The notes: a model not told the origin generated them from the sequence alone. A stretch of DNA of 64,000 bases from Candidatus Yanofskybacteria bacterium RIFCSPHIGHO2_01_FULL_44_24 (GCA_001794215.1 MGJK01000012.1:4834-68833); one strand, 5' to 3'; numbered from the stretch's first letter, positions 48,802 to 58,212 are shown. Translations and numbers: made by a program.

Positions 48802-49557
48802 ATGGAAAAAAAATCAATACAGGAAATACTCCAGCCACAATACAGTTACCGTACCGTTGAGGACAAAATATTTTTTATTGATCCGCCGTCCGATGTAAAA
48901 ATACATTATCGTCCCAAAGAACGCTGGTCAAGCTGGCGAAAGGCGAACTTTGCTTTTTATGAGGAATATTTAAAAAATGTTCCCTCGGGAAAACTACTTG
49001 ACATCGGAGCCGGTCAGACAGAATTCAAAGACCTCTTGCTCAAATATGATTATATCGGTCTTGATTTTTATCCTCATGAACATGTTCAGATAATTACCGA
49101 TATTACGAAACAGCTTCCTGTAAAGGACGGATCCGTGGATATTATTATTCTGTCCAACGTTTTAGAACACACCCCCGAGCCGGAATTATTGGTTAAAGAA
49201 TGTCTTAGAACGTTGAAAGCGGGCGGACTGTTGCTTGGAACTGTCCCATTTCTGGGCGTAGTTCATCAAGGACCCTATGATTTTTACAGGTATACAAACT
49301 ATATGTTGGAAAGGTTTTTAAGCAACTTCAGTTCTTATAAGGTCATGCCTTTAGGGAAAATGTTTGATGTAAATAAAACTTTTACAACCGTCTTTTTTAA
49401 TAATATTTATCGTATACAGCCGTCTTTAGGCAGAAAACTACTTTTTAAAGTTATTTGGAAAATAATAAGGCTTTTGAATTCTTTAGCCTTTTCCATATCT
49501 CCCTTTTCTTCAACAAACGAATATACCGAAGGATATGGATTCAGGGCGGTTAAATAA
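48802..49557 (+). CDS. Class I SAM methyltransferase
   Basis: LLDIGAG, SNVLEHTPEP, TVPF...HQGPYDFYRYT. Confidence 0.85.
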   Translation: MEKKSIQEILQPQYSYRTVEDKIFFIDPPSDVKIHYRPKERWSSWRKANFAFYEEYLKNVPSGKLLDIGAGQTEFKDLLLKYDYIGLDFYPHEHVQIITDITKQLPVKDGSVDIIILSNVLEHTPEPELLVKECLRTLKAGGLLLGTVPFLGVVHQGPYDFYRYTNYMLERFLSNFSSYKVMPLGKMFDVNKTFTTVFFNNIYRIQPSLGRKLLFKVIWKIIRLLNSLAFSISPFSSTNEYTEGYGFRAVK

Positions 49558-49572
49558 TCGGGTATTCCCGCA

Positions 49573-49600
49573 TTGACATCTCAAATTTTCTCGATACCAT
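49573..49600 (+). promoter_or_regulatory. Sigma70-like promoter
   Basis: TTGACA-16 nt-TACCAT upstream of 49634. Confidence 0.45.
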
Positions 49601-49633
49601 TGATCAAGAACATAAACAGGGCGAGGTAAAATT

Positions 49634-50065
49634 ATGGCATTGGATTCAAATAAATTCGTACATATTAAGAGGGCAGAGATAGATAAGGCTCTTTCCGTTG
49701 ATTCCGTTGCAGGCAAAAGAATGATTCCGCCCTTCAATGGGTTTTCTGAGCGCCCCTTTGGGATTTTAGAAGATCATCAAGTTAAGGATGGTCTCCCCGA
49801 GATCCACACTCACGAAGAGGATCTTTGGATTGGCCTTGAGGGCGAGGCGATTTTTACTCTCGGGGGCGAGCTTGTCGAACCATATTTCAAGAAGCTTGCT
49901 GACGGCAGCGAGGATGAGCGGGAGATTAAGGGGAAGAGTATCGCGGGCGGTACTGAAGTGATAGTCGGTACTGGCGATGTTTTGTGGATTCCGGCCGGTG
50001 TTCCCCATATGCACACCGCATCAGGAACGGCCCGACTTCTCATCTATAAAAATCCAAAAAGATAG
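49634..50065 (+). CDS. Cupin domain protein
   Basis: EIHTHEEDLW...GDVLWIPAGVPH. Confidence 0.82.
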   Translation: MALDSNKFVHIKRAEIDKALSVDSVAGKRMIPPFNGFSERPFGILEDHQVKDGLPEIHTHEEDLWIGLEGEAIFTLGGELVEPYFKKLADGSEDEREIKGKSIAGGTEVIVGTGDVLWIPAGVPHMHTASGTARLLIYKNPKR

Positions 50066-50078
50066 CCAATAAGCGAAG

Positions 50079-50103
50079 GCCGCCGGAAAATCGGCGGCTT
50101 TTT
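50079..50103 (+). terminator. Intrinsic terminator
   Basis: GCCGCCG-GAAAAT-CGGCGGC-TTTTT. Confidence 0.75.
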
Positions 50104-50121
50104 AGTTGTGACGGTTTACGT

Positions 50122-50150
50122 TTGACAGAACTCAAAAATATTGATATCAT
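50122..50150 (+). promoter_or_regulatory. Sigma70-like promoter
   Basis: TTGACA-17 nt-TATCAT with extended TG; AAGGAG(AGG) ribosome-binding site before ATG 50187. Confidence 0.6.
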
Positions 50151-50186
50151 CTGGACACTTTGATCGTTTAAAACGAAGGAGAGGTT

Positions 50187-51137
50187 ATGCAGGTTGGCGA
50201 GAGGTGGATGCGCTGGACATTAGCAGAGGCCGGAACCAAGACTTCTACGAAGCTTCTGCAGAAAGTTGTCGGAGTAACGGCGAGCAGTTGGATCAATGCT
50301 GTCTTTGCAACGACAGTCATTTCGATTGTGCAGGTGTTAGTAGGCTTGTCGGTGGTGACAAGGCAGGGCAAATCCTTGTTTCCCGGTGTTTCTCAGGTTA
50401 CGCTTTCGTGCGCTTTTGGTTTTGTCGCTTTCGTGATGACGACTCTATCTTTCGTGGTCTTTGTTTTTAACGGGGATATTGGAGTTAATACTTTTATCAT
50501 CACTCTTTCCATTGTTCCGGGAGCGATCATTGATCGGGTCTTTTTCGGTCACAAGCTCAATTTCAGGCAATGGATGGGAGTGCTGATGGCTATCTTTGCC
50601 GGCTATGCCGTTCTGGATTTCCCGTCTCTATCGCAAGCGTTCAAAAGTCCGACTTGGGTTTGGCTGTCTCTTGCCACTGCGCTTTTAGCGGCCGTTAATC
50701 AGGGAATCACCCAGAAAAACAAAGCCGTAGATCCTTTTGTGAAAAACTTTTGGGGCGGATTGACCACCTTAATCTCGGGAGTCGTGAGCTTGCTGATCGT
50801 CGGATCCCTGAGTGTTTTCACTGATTTTTCCGTCAGTATGCAGAAGATTTGGTTGATTTCCGCTCTGATGGGCTTTATCATCGTCGGCATGTGGAGTTTC
50901 AACCTCCTGAGCTATAAGGGCGGAGCCAGTATCGCTCTAAAGAAATTAGTCATGAACGGGTCTTATCTTGTTACGGCAATGCTTGGCGGAGTACTGATTT
51001 TCAACGAATCATTGACTGCGGGCAAAGTTTCTGGAATCTTGTTTTTCTTTATTGCCTTTACCTTGATGGACAAAGGAACCTGGGAATTTGTTAGGAAATC
51101 CTTGGGAAGAAAAAACGAGCCCGCCAACGTCGTTTAA
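50187..51137 (+). CDS. DMT/EamA-family membrane transporter
   Basis: About 10 hydrophobic helices in two repeats ending FFGHKL and IFNESL. Confidence 0.8.
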   Translation: MQVGERWMRWTLAEAGTKTSTKLLQKVVGVTASSWINAVFATTVISIVQVLVGLSVVTRQGKSLFPGVSQVTLSCAFGFVAFVMTTLSFVVFVFNGDIGVNTFIITLSIVPGAIIDRVFFGHKLNFRQWMGVLMAIFAGYAVLDFPSLSQAFKSPTWVWLSLATALLAAVNQGITQKNKAVDPFVKNFWGGLTTLISGVVSLLIVGSLSVFTDFSVSMQKIWLISALMGFIIVGMWSFNLLSYKGGASIALKKLVMNGSYLVTAMLGGVLIFNESLTAGKVSGILFFFIAFTLMDKGTWEFVRKSLGRKNEPANVV

Positions 51138-51144
51138 TGATTTG

Positions 51145-51167
51145 AATCCTCTATCAAGAGGATTTTT
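51145..51167 (+). terminator. Intrinsic terminator
   Basis: AATCCTCT-ATCA-AGAGGATT-TTT. Confidence 0.6.
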
Positions 51168-51232
51168 GTTCTCTTTACATGCACGATTATTTGTTGTATT
51201 TATAAAGACAGCGAAGTTTTAAAAGGACGAAA

Positions 51233-52345
51233 ATGAAGTTGAAAGATTTTGCCATCACCAATTTTGCTTATGGAAACGGGCCGTATCTAAGGACTACTGA
51301 ACTGGCTCTGTCTTTTAACGACAGGCTTGAAGAGGCCGGAGAAAAAAGATTCGGTATTATTGTTCCCTTGGTTTACGGTGATAAGCAAAAAAGGATTATG
51401 TCTGAAGATTTCGGGACCCGCATGGACGAAATAGTGCTTGATCCGGAGCTGGGAGCGATCCTGAAGGGCGTTTTCTACGATGGGGGCTCTTATTTGGAAT
51501 CTCTCGGGGGGTGGGTTGATAATTTTGAAAAAACTTCGGAATCAATACATAGGTATCTTAAAAATAAATATGGCGATAGCATTGTCGTGGAACTCAATCG
51601 TTCGCCCCGGGTCCGGTATGATATTGCGCCTTCGTATTTCACGTCTTTTGGTTTCATCGGGGAGATATTGGAGAGAATCGGAGAGATCAAGGGTTTGGCG
51701 ATTCCCGAGGGGCTTCTGAATGCCGGTATAAAAACCGCCGGATTGGCCGAGAGCGGCCATAGAATTCACTGCCTCGCTTATCCGGCAACATTCGCACATC
51801 TCAAAGACAGAAGTCCTCGTTGCAAAACCGAAGTCGAAGTTCCGCCCATCATGCTTCCGCCCGCAGTTAATAACGATAACGTCGAGAGAGGCATATACAT
51901 AACGGTAAGCGGAATTGCCGGATTAGGCGATCTTTATGCGAATGCCGGTAAATTCGGTGCGAAAATTTATACCAACAATCCCGATCTTATTCCCGGTAGT
52001 ATAAAGGCCTCGCCCCGCATTATCCCGAACAAAAACATTCTGTTTCAATTTGCCCGTTCCGGCTGGGGCTCAGTTTGGCTATCAATGATTTCCGGGACGC
52101 CTTTAGTCGTTCCCGCTTTTGACTTGAACGACGATCCGGAAATATATTTCAACAATAAGACGATAGAACAACTTGGCATCGGAATAATTTATCGGGGTCA
52201 GCCAATCGAGGAAATACTGGAAGGATGCGCGGAAGTGAAGAAAAACAGCGTTAAGGTTTGCGAGGAGGTCAAGAAACGCTGGGGAACCTTGGATGGCAAT
52301 CGGTATTGCGCCGGATTGTTTGTTAAGGACCTTCTCGGGAAGTAA
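51233..52345 (+). CDS. GT-B fold protein of unknown specificity
   Basis: YGNGPYLR N-terminus, ARSGWGS...GTPLVVP...PEIYFN and terminal DG...CA resemble MurG/PseG-like folds. Confidence 0.5.
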   Translation: MKLKDFAITNFAYGNGPYLRTTELALSFNDRLEEAGEKRFGIIVPLVYGDKQKRIMSEDFGTRMDEIVLDPELGAILKGVFYDGGSYLESLGGWVDNFEKTSESIHRYLKNKYGDSIVVELNRSPRVRYDIAPSYFTSFGFIGEILERIGEIKGLAIPEGLLNAGIKTAGLAESGHRIHCLAYPATFAHLKDRSPRCKTEVEVPPIMLPPAVNNDNVERGIYITVSGIAGLGDLYANAGKFGAKIYTNNPDLIPGSIKASPRIIPNKNILFQFARSGWGSVWLSMISGTPLVVPAFDLNDDPEIYFNNKTIEQLGIGIIYRGQPIEEILEGCAEVKKNSVKVCEEVKKRWGTLDGNRYCAGLFVKDLLGK

Positions 52346-52365
52346 ATATTACAAATTCATTATGC

Positions 52366-52398
52366 GGGCCGTGTCAAGATTGATACGGCTCTTTTTTT
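52366..52398 (+). terminator. Intrinsic terminator
   Basis: GGGCCGTGTCAA..TTGATACGGCTC-TTTTTTT. Confidence 0.7.
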
Positions 52399-52411
52399 AT
52401 TGTATTGATAT

Positions 52412-53221
52412 ATGGTGGCCAACGAATTATTTGAACAAAAGTGGAGCGAGGCTTTGAAGGGAAAAAAGGGAGAGGAATTCTCCATCTTCGTTCCCAAAGG
52501 AAAAAAACCGCAGACCCAGCGTCAGTTTAATTTATATTATTACTACCGCCTTATAGAGCGGCTGATTAAAGGCCGGAATTATAAGAATAGCATCGAATTC
52601 GGATGCGGCAGGGGAACCATCTCTCTTTATCTAAATCTCTACGGAGGTCTCGACGTTACTCTTTTCGATGTGGATCAGGGCGGGGTTGATTTAGCCCGGG
52701 CTAATTTTGACCTTCACAGAGCCAAGGGTTCTTTTTTTGTGGCCGATAGCGCCAAAGTTCCCATTGCTGATGACAGTTTCGATATTGTGGTGACCATGGG
52801 CTTGCTTGAGCACCTCACCAACTATATTGATAGTCTGAAGGAAATGTACAGAGTCCTTAAGCCGGGAGGAATCATGATATCGATGAATGTACCTAAGAAA
52901 ACATCCATTCAGATTTTGAACAAAATTTATAGAAAGATTCTCGGCGCAGTTAATAAGAAAATAGAGCTGAAGCTGGACTATTTCCGCATAGAAGAAACCC
53001 CGGCCGGGTTCCAGCGTACTGCCGAATTTGTGGGGTTCAAAAATTGTTCAATAATTCACGCCGATCCTCTTCCGCTTTTTACTCCCGTTGCAAAGCCCAT
53101 CGAAAGAACCTTGGCCGTTCTTTATAGAAATTTTATGGAGTTTCGCAAGCTATTTAAGTCTGAGCCGATGGAAACGGGAAGGAGATTGTCGAGGTGCCAT
53201 TTTCTTATAGGCTATAAGTAA
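52412..53221 (+). CDS. Class I SAM methyltransferase
   Basis: IEFGCGRG, FDIVV..GLLEH, EMYRVLKPGG. Confidence 0.88.
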   Translation: MVANELFEQKWSEALKGKKGEEFSIFVPKGKKPQTQRQFNLYYYYRLIERLIKGRNYKNSIEFGCGRGTISLYLNLYGGLDVTLFDVDQGGVDLARANFDLHRAKGSFFVADSAKVPIADDSFDIVVTMGLLEHLTNYIDSLKEMYRVLKPGGIMISMNVPKKTSIQILNKIYRKILGAVNKKIELKLDYFRIEETPAGFQRTAEFVGFKNCSIIHADPLPLFTPVAKPIERTLAVLYRNFMEFRKLFKSEPMETGRRLSRCHFLIGYK

Positions 53222-53322
53222 AATTTTTAATTTAGAATTTTTAATTTTCAAAATTGGCCGTTAAAAACCGATTATAAAATTCCTGCCTGCCGGTAGGCAG
53301 GTTAAAGTAAAAAGTAAAAATT
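53222..53322 (+). repeat. Type B palindromic element (gene-less) with nested GC hairpin
   Basis: Arms TTTTTAATTTAGAATTTTTA and TTAAAGTAAAAAGTAAAAATT nearly identical to the 8445-8895 cassette arms; CCTGCCTGCCGGTAGGCAGG at 53282-53301. Confidence 0.8.
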
Positions 53323-53332
53323 GATATCAAGC

Positions 53333-54475
53333 ATGAATGGTTTTAATATTAAAACCCCTTATAGTAGTAGGAGGATAGGCGATAACGCCCCTACTTTTGT
53401 TATAGCCGAAATAGGTAAGAATTTTATCCAGACCAAAAAGGAGAAATCGGTTAAAGAATATCTGAGGAACGCCAAAGAACTGGTAATTTTAGCCAAAAAA
53501 TCCGGAGCTGATGCGGTTAAATTCCAAACCCATAATGTCGAGGATGAACAGCTCAATTTAAAAATAAGAGCCCCGCACTTTAAGGGCGATAGGTACGAAT
53601 GGGTTTCGAGGAATACCAAGGCTACACCGGTTAAAGAGTTTTGGATTCCGCTCAAAGAATTCTGCGATAAGGAAGGAATCACATTTTTCTCTACGCCCTG
53701 CAGTTTAGGAGCCGCAAAGATATTGTCCTCCCTGGATGTGGCTCTGTGGAAAGTCGCCTCTTGGGATATTTTGGATTTTGTTATGCTCGACCATATCAGA
53801 AAAAGCGGCAAACCGGTTATTATTTCCGGCGGAGCCAGTACGGCCGAAGAGATAGACAGATCAATCTCTTATATCCAGGAGAAAAACAAAAATCTTGCCT
53901 TGCTTCATTGTGTTTCCAAGTATCCCTGTCCACCCGAAGAGTTGAATTTGGGTACGATCGGTTTTTTTAAGAAAAGATACGATGTCCCCATAGGTTTTTC
54001 CGATCATTCTTTAGGCATCGAGTCTACCCTGGCCGCCGTTGCCCTGGGAGCTAAGGTGATAGAAAAACATTTCTCCCTGTCCCGAAGCTTATGGGGGGCC
54101 GATCATAGATTTTCCATGACTTCGGCATCGTTTGGTAAAATGGTTACAGAGATAAGGAAAATAGAGGCTAATCCCGGTGCGGCTCAGAAATATTTAAATC
54201 ATGAGAAAGTAAAGCCGAGCCTGAATTTTTCCGGCAAGGTTATCAGAGACGAAGAGAAAAGCATGAAGGCCGTATTTGCCAAGGCTCTTTTTGCCGGACG
54301 GGATATTCCGGCCGGACAAGTTATAAAATCTGATATGTTATACTCAATGAGACCCGGATTGGCGGTCGGAGGACTTCAGCCACTCCACTTCCATATGGTA
54401 GTCGGTCAAAAATCAGCAAAAGATTTGAAGAAGTTCGAACCGATAACGTTAGAAGTTGTAAAATCCGAAATCTGA
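53333..54475 (+). CDS. neuB: N-acetylneuraminate-synthase-family (nonulosonate synthase) 1
   Basis: IAEIGKN, GADAVKFQT, HCVSKYP, GFSDHS, IEKHF, C-terminal SAF domain. Confidence 0.88.
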   Translation: MNGFNIKTPYSSRRIGDNAPTFVIAEIGKNFIQTKKEKSVKEYLRNAKELVILAKKSGADAVKFQTHNVEDEQLNLKIRAPHFKGDRYEWVSRNTKATPVKEFWIPLKEFCDKEGITFFSTPCSLGAAKILSSLDVALWKVASWDILDFVMLDHIRKSGKPVIISGGASTAEEIDRSISYIQEKNKNLALLHCVSKYPCPPEELNLGTIGFFKKRYDVPIGFSDHSLGIESTLAAVALGAKVIEKHFSLSRSLWGADHRFSMTSASFGKMVTEIRKIEANPGAAQKYLNHEKVKPSLNFSGKVIRDEEKSMKAVFAKALFAGRDIPAGQVIKSDMLYSMRPGLAVGGLQPLHFHMVVGQKSAKDLKKFEPITLEVVKSEI

Positions 54476-54601
54476 AATCCGAAATTCTAAACAAAGCCCG
54501 AAAATCAGAAATCCTAAATCTGAGATGGTTTGATAGTTTTCTTTAGTTTCAATATTCGATATTGTTTCGTTTTTCAACATTCGATATTCGAATTTAAATT
54601 T
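54461..54601 (+). repeat. Type C heptamer-repeat palindromic element (gene-less)
   Basis: AAATCCGAAATCTGAAATCCGAAATTCTAAACAA ... TTCGATATTGTTTCG(54555-54569)...TTCGAATTT. Confidence 0.8.
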
Positions 54602-54608
54602 CTTAGGC

Positions 54609-55922
54609 ATGAAGATCCTCATAAGTATCCCAAGTCCCGAATATTACAGGAACTATATTACTTCGCCGGCGCTTTCGGAAATAATCGAAAGCTGTTATTT
54701 TATTGTGCCCAAGAAAATGGCGGATAAGGATTTCGGAGTGCCTAAATCGAGGGTTGCGGTCTATGATTATCCTGCCGACAAAGAAGTTCTGCACAAACAT
54801 TTATTTCATATCAATACAGGAAAGTTTGAATCTCGAAGCACTTCCCTGAAGTTCAGATTTATGAGACTAAGCAAAAGGAGCCAGGTTCTCTATCGTATTC
54901 TTGGATTGCCGGTTATTTATGAACTGACGCGATTTTTCATCCTCTCCCGAGCGGACGATAGACGGTTATTCTCTGTAATTAAAAGCATTCAGCCGGATGT
55001 AATTTTAATGCCTTCAAGCGGGTACGAGGGGATTACTTTTGAAATTATAAAGACAGCCAAGAAGCAGGGGGTACCGACTTTGATGCTGGTAGATAACTGG
55101 GATAATTTAGTGAGCAAGACCATTTTTACCTATAAGCCTGATTTTCTTTCGGTCTGGGGACCGCAGGCGGTTAAAGATGCCGTTGAAATTCATGGAATAC
55201 CCAAAGAAAGGATCTTTCCGATCGGAACGCCGAGGTTTTTCAATTATTTCAAGAACAGATCAGAGTATCCGTCACCTTACCCCTTTAAGTATGCACTTTT
55301 TGCCGGAAATTCAACGGGTTTTGATGAGCTGTCTGCGCTTAAAAAACTCGAAGAATATATCGAGAAAAATAATTTAGATCTCAAGATCGTTTATCGGCCC
55401 CACCCAATGAGGCAGAAAAGGAAATGTCCGGATAATTTTGTTGAGAGCGAATTCAAACATGTTGTACTGGATCTCCAGGCCAAGGAATATTATAACCGGG
55501 AAAAATCCAAAACCCCTTCTGATCTTCCTGATCTGGATTATTATCCCCGGGCCTTGGCTAATATGGAGTTTATGATCTGTCCGTTATCAACCATGTTGAT
55601 TGAGTGTCTTCTTTTTGATAAGCCAGTTTTTGTTTTGGCTTATGATGACGGGATACATTTCGTAAATCCTAAGAACTTGTATAAATATTGCCGACACTTT
55701 GAGGGGATCGAATATCTTAGAAATCTCGAAATCATTCACGAGTTCGAAGATCTAACCAGGGTGTTTACGGTTGATTTTTCCAAGAAAAGAATGGAGAAAG
55801 AAATTCCTTTGAGTTATTATCTTTCAGAAAAAACACGGCACTATCCGCACCATGTGAAATTACTGGTTGAGGATATCAATGCAAAATTCAAAAATAACCT
55901 GCGGGTCGGCCCGCAGGAATGA
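54609..55922 (+). CDS. GT-B protein, CDP-glycerol-phosphotransferase/sialyltransferase-like
   Basis: DNWDNLVSK, VWGP, IGTPRF, YRPHP, STMLIECLLFDKP. Confidence 0.6.
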   Translation: MKILISIPSPEYYRNYITSPALSEIIESCYFIVPKKMADKDFGVPKSRVAVYDYPADKEVLHKHLFHINTGKFESRSTSLKFRFMRLSKRSQVLYRILGLPVIYELTRFFILSRADDRRLFSVIKSIQPDVILMPSSGYEGITFEIIKTAKKQGVPTLMLVDNWDNLVSKTIFTYKPDFLSVWGPQAVKDAVEIHGIPKERIFPIGTPRFFNYFKNRSEYPSPYPFKYALFAGNSTGFDELSALKKLEEYIEKNNLDLKIVYRPHPMRQKRKCPDNFVESEFKHVVLDLQAKEYYNREKSKTPSDLPDLDYYPRALANMEFMICPLSTMLIECLLFDKPVFVLAYDDGIHFVNPKNLYKYCRHFEGIEYLRNLEIIHEFEDLTRVFTVDFSKKRMEKEIPLSYYLSEKTRHYPHHVKLLVEDINAKFKNNLRVGPQE

Positions 55923-56009
55923 AAAATTATCGTAACCCGCAAAACATAGTTAGCTTTGCGAGTGTCATTAATTTTTAACTTTCATCTCTACGCTTTAATT
56001 TTCCGTACT
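55877..56009 (+). repeat. Type A palindromic element with nested GC hairpin, overlapping the 3' end of the upstream CDS
   Basis: AAAATTATCGTAACCCGCAAA...TTTGCGAGTGTCATTAATTTTTAACTTTCAT; CCTGCGGG-TCGG-CCCGCAGG at 55898-55917; ends at ATG 56010. Confidence 0.8.
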
Positions 56010-57221
56010 ATGAATCCGCAACTTCTTCAAAAGTCAGATAACAACGAGAATGTCTTTAGAGTTACGCTACCTTACGACTTCCTTATGCCGAATATCAACC
56101 ATGACGAGCCGGCTTTAAAAAGGAAGGTAATTTTCTGGGGGACGTGTTTCGGACAACTGCCGAAAGATCTGGATATCGAGCGCTACGTCACGATGGTTAA
56201 TAAATGTCTGGATTATGTTCGGCAAGAATGTCGCGGTTTCGAGCTTTATTACAAACCGCATCCTGCCGAAAAAGACGAGTTCAAGCTGCTAAATTTAGAA
56301 TCTTTTACGTTGCTTAGCGATCCTGCCGTTGGAGAGGTTTTTTTGTGGAAAAATTGGGATCAGATAGCTTATTCGTTCTCAGTTATGTCCAATGCCACCA
56401 TATCAGCTTATGATTTCGGGATAAATTCCTATGTTTTTTACAAACTTTTTGATTCGGTTTTGGGTAGAGCTTCTTTTGAGTCTTGTGAATGGTTTTTTCA
56501 AAGTATGCCAGAAGATTTTTTTATTAAAGATTTAGGCCAGGGACTTAAAGGAAACAGGTCTCTTCTCGGAAAGGACGATTTCTTAGAGAATAAAATGAAA
56601 AATATGTTAAACAACAACAAAGAGGGCAGAATCTGGTTTATTATAGTTGAACCAGCGCTGATTACTGCCATGGTATCGCTTGTAAGCTTGATTAAACAAC
56701 TGGATCCGGCCAGAAAAACTGGACTGATTATTTCGAAGCAGAAACGGTGGAGAGCGGTAAGCATCGATGAATTCAAAAAATATTTCGATATAATCGCGGT
56801 ATTTCCAAAAATTTCCTATACTCTTAAGCTGAGTCGATTATTCGAGGCCATAAAAACAGCCCTTCAAATTAGAAGATTTGATATTAAGCCGGAAGACATC
56901 TTTATGGGGCTATCTCATAATTCTTTGGTCGAAAACTGCTTTATTTCTTATTTTTCGGAAAACAAAAAAATCGCTTTTTTTTCGGATATTTATTTCGATA
57001 TGATGTATAATTTAAGGTATGCCACCTTTTTTGCTAATAGTGATTTTAAAACAAAATTGGCGAGCAAACTTTGGGGCTTGGTTTTCGAGCCGTTGTTGGG
57101 ATTGTACCGGACCATTTATCTTCAATATGGTGACGGTCGGGTTTTGAACATAACCAGATATCGAAAGCCGATGGATAGAATATACGATGAAATATATTTG
57201 GCTCATCTGCAAAGAGGATAG
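56010..57221 (+). CDS. Sialyltransferase-like GT-B protein with apparently permuted domain order
   Basis: YYKPHP and SVMSNATISAY (normally C-lobe motifs) lie in the first half; a Rossmann-like N-lobe (RIWFII..., DIFMGLS) lies in the second half. Confidence 0.5.
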   Translation: MNPQLLQKSDNNENVFRVTLPYDFLMPNINHDEPALKRKVIFWGTCFGQLPKDLDIERYVTMVNKCLDYVRQECRGFELYYKPHPAEKDEFKLLNLESFTLLSDPAVGEVFLWKNWDQIAYSFSVMSNATISAYDFGINSYVFYKLFDSVLGRASFESCEWFFQSMPEDFFIKDLGQGLKGNRSLLGKDDFLENKMKNMLNNNKEGRIWFIIVEPALITAMVSLVSLIKQLDPARKTGLIISKQKRWRAVSIDEFKKYFDIIAVFPKISYTLKLSRLFEAIKTALQIRRFDIKPEDIFMGLSHNSLVENCFISYFSENKKIAFFSDIYFDMMYNLRYATFFANSDFKTKLASKLWGLVFEPLLGLYRTIYLQYGDGRVLNITRYRKPMDRIYDEIYLAHLQRG

Positions 57222-57243
57222 TGTGTAACTTATCAATATTCGT

Positions 57244-58212
57244 ATGTATACGAGCTATACAAACAAAATCGCCCACGGAATAATGTTTCATCACTTTCAC
57301 GGACGGAAGCATTATAAAGGGCAAGGTTCTTTATCGAGGGAGGGTTTCGAAAGTATTTTGAACTTTATAGGAATTGACCGGATACTTAGTCCGGCCGAAT
57401 GGCTAAGGCGGCTTGATAGCAATCGTTTACAGCCCTCGGATATCTGCATCACATTCGACGATTCTTTAATGTGCCAGTTTGATGTTGCTTTGCCAATTCT
57501 GGAGAGGTATAAGCTTAAGGCTTTTTGGTTTATTTATTCCAATGTCTTTGAAGGGCAGATAAACAAACTCGAGGTTTATCGAGCCTTTCGTTTAAAGAAT
57601 TTTAAGCATGTTGACGAGTTTTATGATGTTTTTTTAGAGAAGGTTTTTGTCTCTGAATTCGGAGAAAAAGCTAAAAAAGCAATAAGCCCAAGCGATTTAC
57701 GGCGCTACCAAAAAACCTTTCCGTTTTATTCACCGAACGACATCAAGTTCAGGTTTATCAGGGACAGGGTATTGCAACCAAGCGACTACGAGTATATAAT
57801 GGACGGCATAATAAAAGATCGTGGTGTCAAAATCGGAGCATTAACCCGAAACTTGTGGATGTCGAACGAGAATTTAAAATACTTAAGTGACAAAGGCCAT
57901 GGTATCGGACTTCATTCTTATTCTCATCCGACCAGGTTAGCCGGACTGGCATATAAAGATCAGCGGATGGAGTACGGTAAAAATTACGAGCACATAGAAA
58001 GCATTACGAGCAGACCGCCATTGGTCGCGGCTCATCCGGTAAATTCTTATGATCTGAACACCTTCCGAATTCTTGAAAAGTTAAATATTCGTTGCGGCTT
58101 TAGATCCAATATGTTTCCAGGAGAGATAACGGGGAAAATAAACGGCCATAAATACGAAATGGCCAGGGAAGACAGCGCCAATATTATTAGGATGATGGAA
58201 AAAAGTAAATGA
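57244..58212 (+). CDS. Polysaccharide deacetylase (CE4/NodB-like)
   Basis: IMFHHF, ITFDDS, IGLHSYSHP, AHP. Confidence 0.82.
   Translation: MYTSYTNKIAHGIMFHHFHGRKHYKGQGSLSREGFESILNFIGIDRILSPAEWLRRLDSNRLQPSDICITFDDSLMCQFDVALPILERYKLKAFWFIYSNVFEGQINKLEVYRAFRLKNFKHVDEFYDVFLEKVFVSEFGEKAKKAISPSDLRRYQKTFPFYSPNDIKFRFIRDRVLQPSDYEYIMDGIIKDRGVKIGALTRNLWMSNENLKYLSDKGHGIGLHSYSHPTRLAGLAYKDQRMEYGKNYEHIESITSRPPLVAAHPVNSYDLNTFRILEKLNIRCGFRSNMFPGEITGKINGHKYEMAREDSANIIRMMEKSK

Noticed and set aside
2332-56009. CRISPR array or simple terminators for the AT-rich repeats
   Set aside because: No repeat-spacer periodicity and no cas genes. The elements are far longer than terminators, lack the GC stem plus U tail, and abut start codons of co-oriented genes.
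55956-56009. N-terminal extension MRVSLIFNFHLYALIFRT
   Set aside because: It is the T-rich arm of the type A element; ATG 56010 is the more plausible start.
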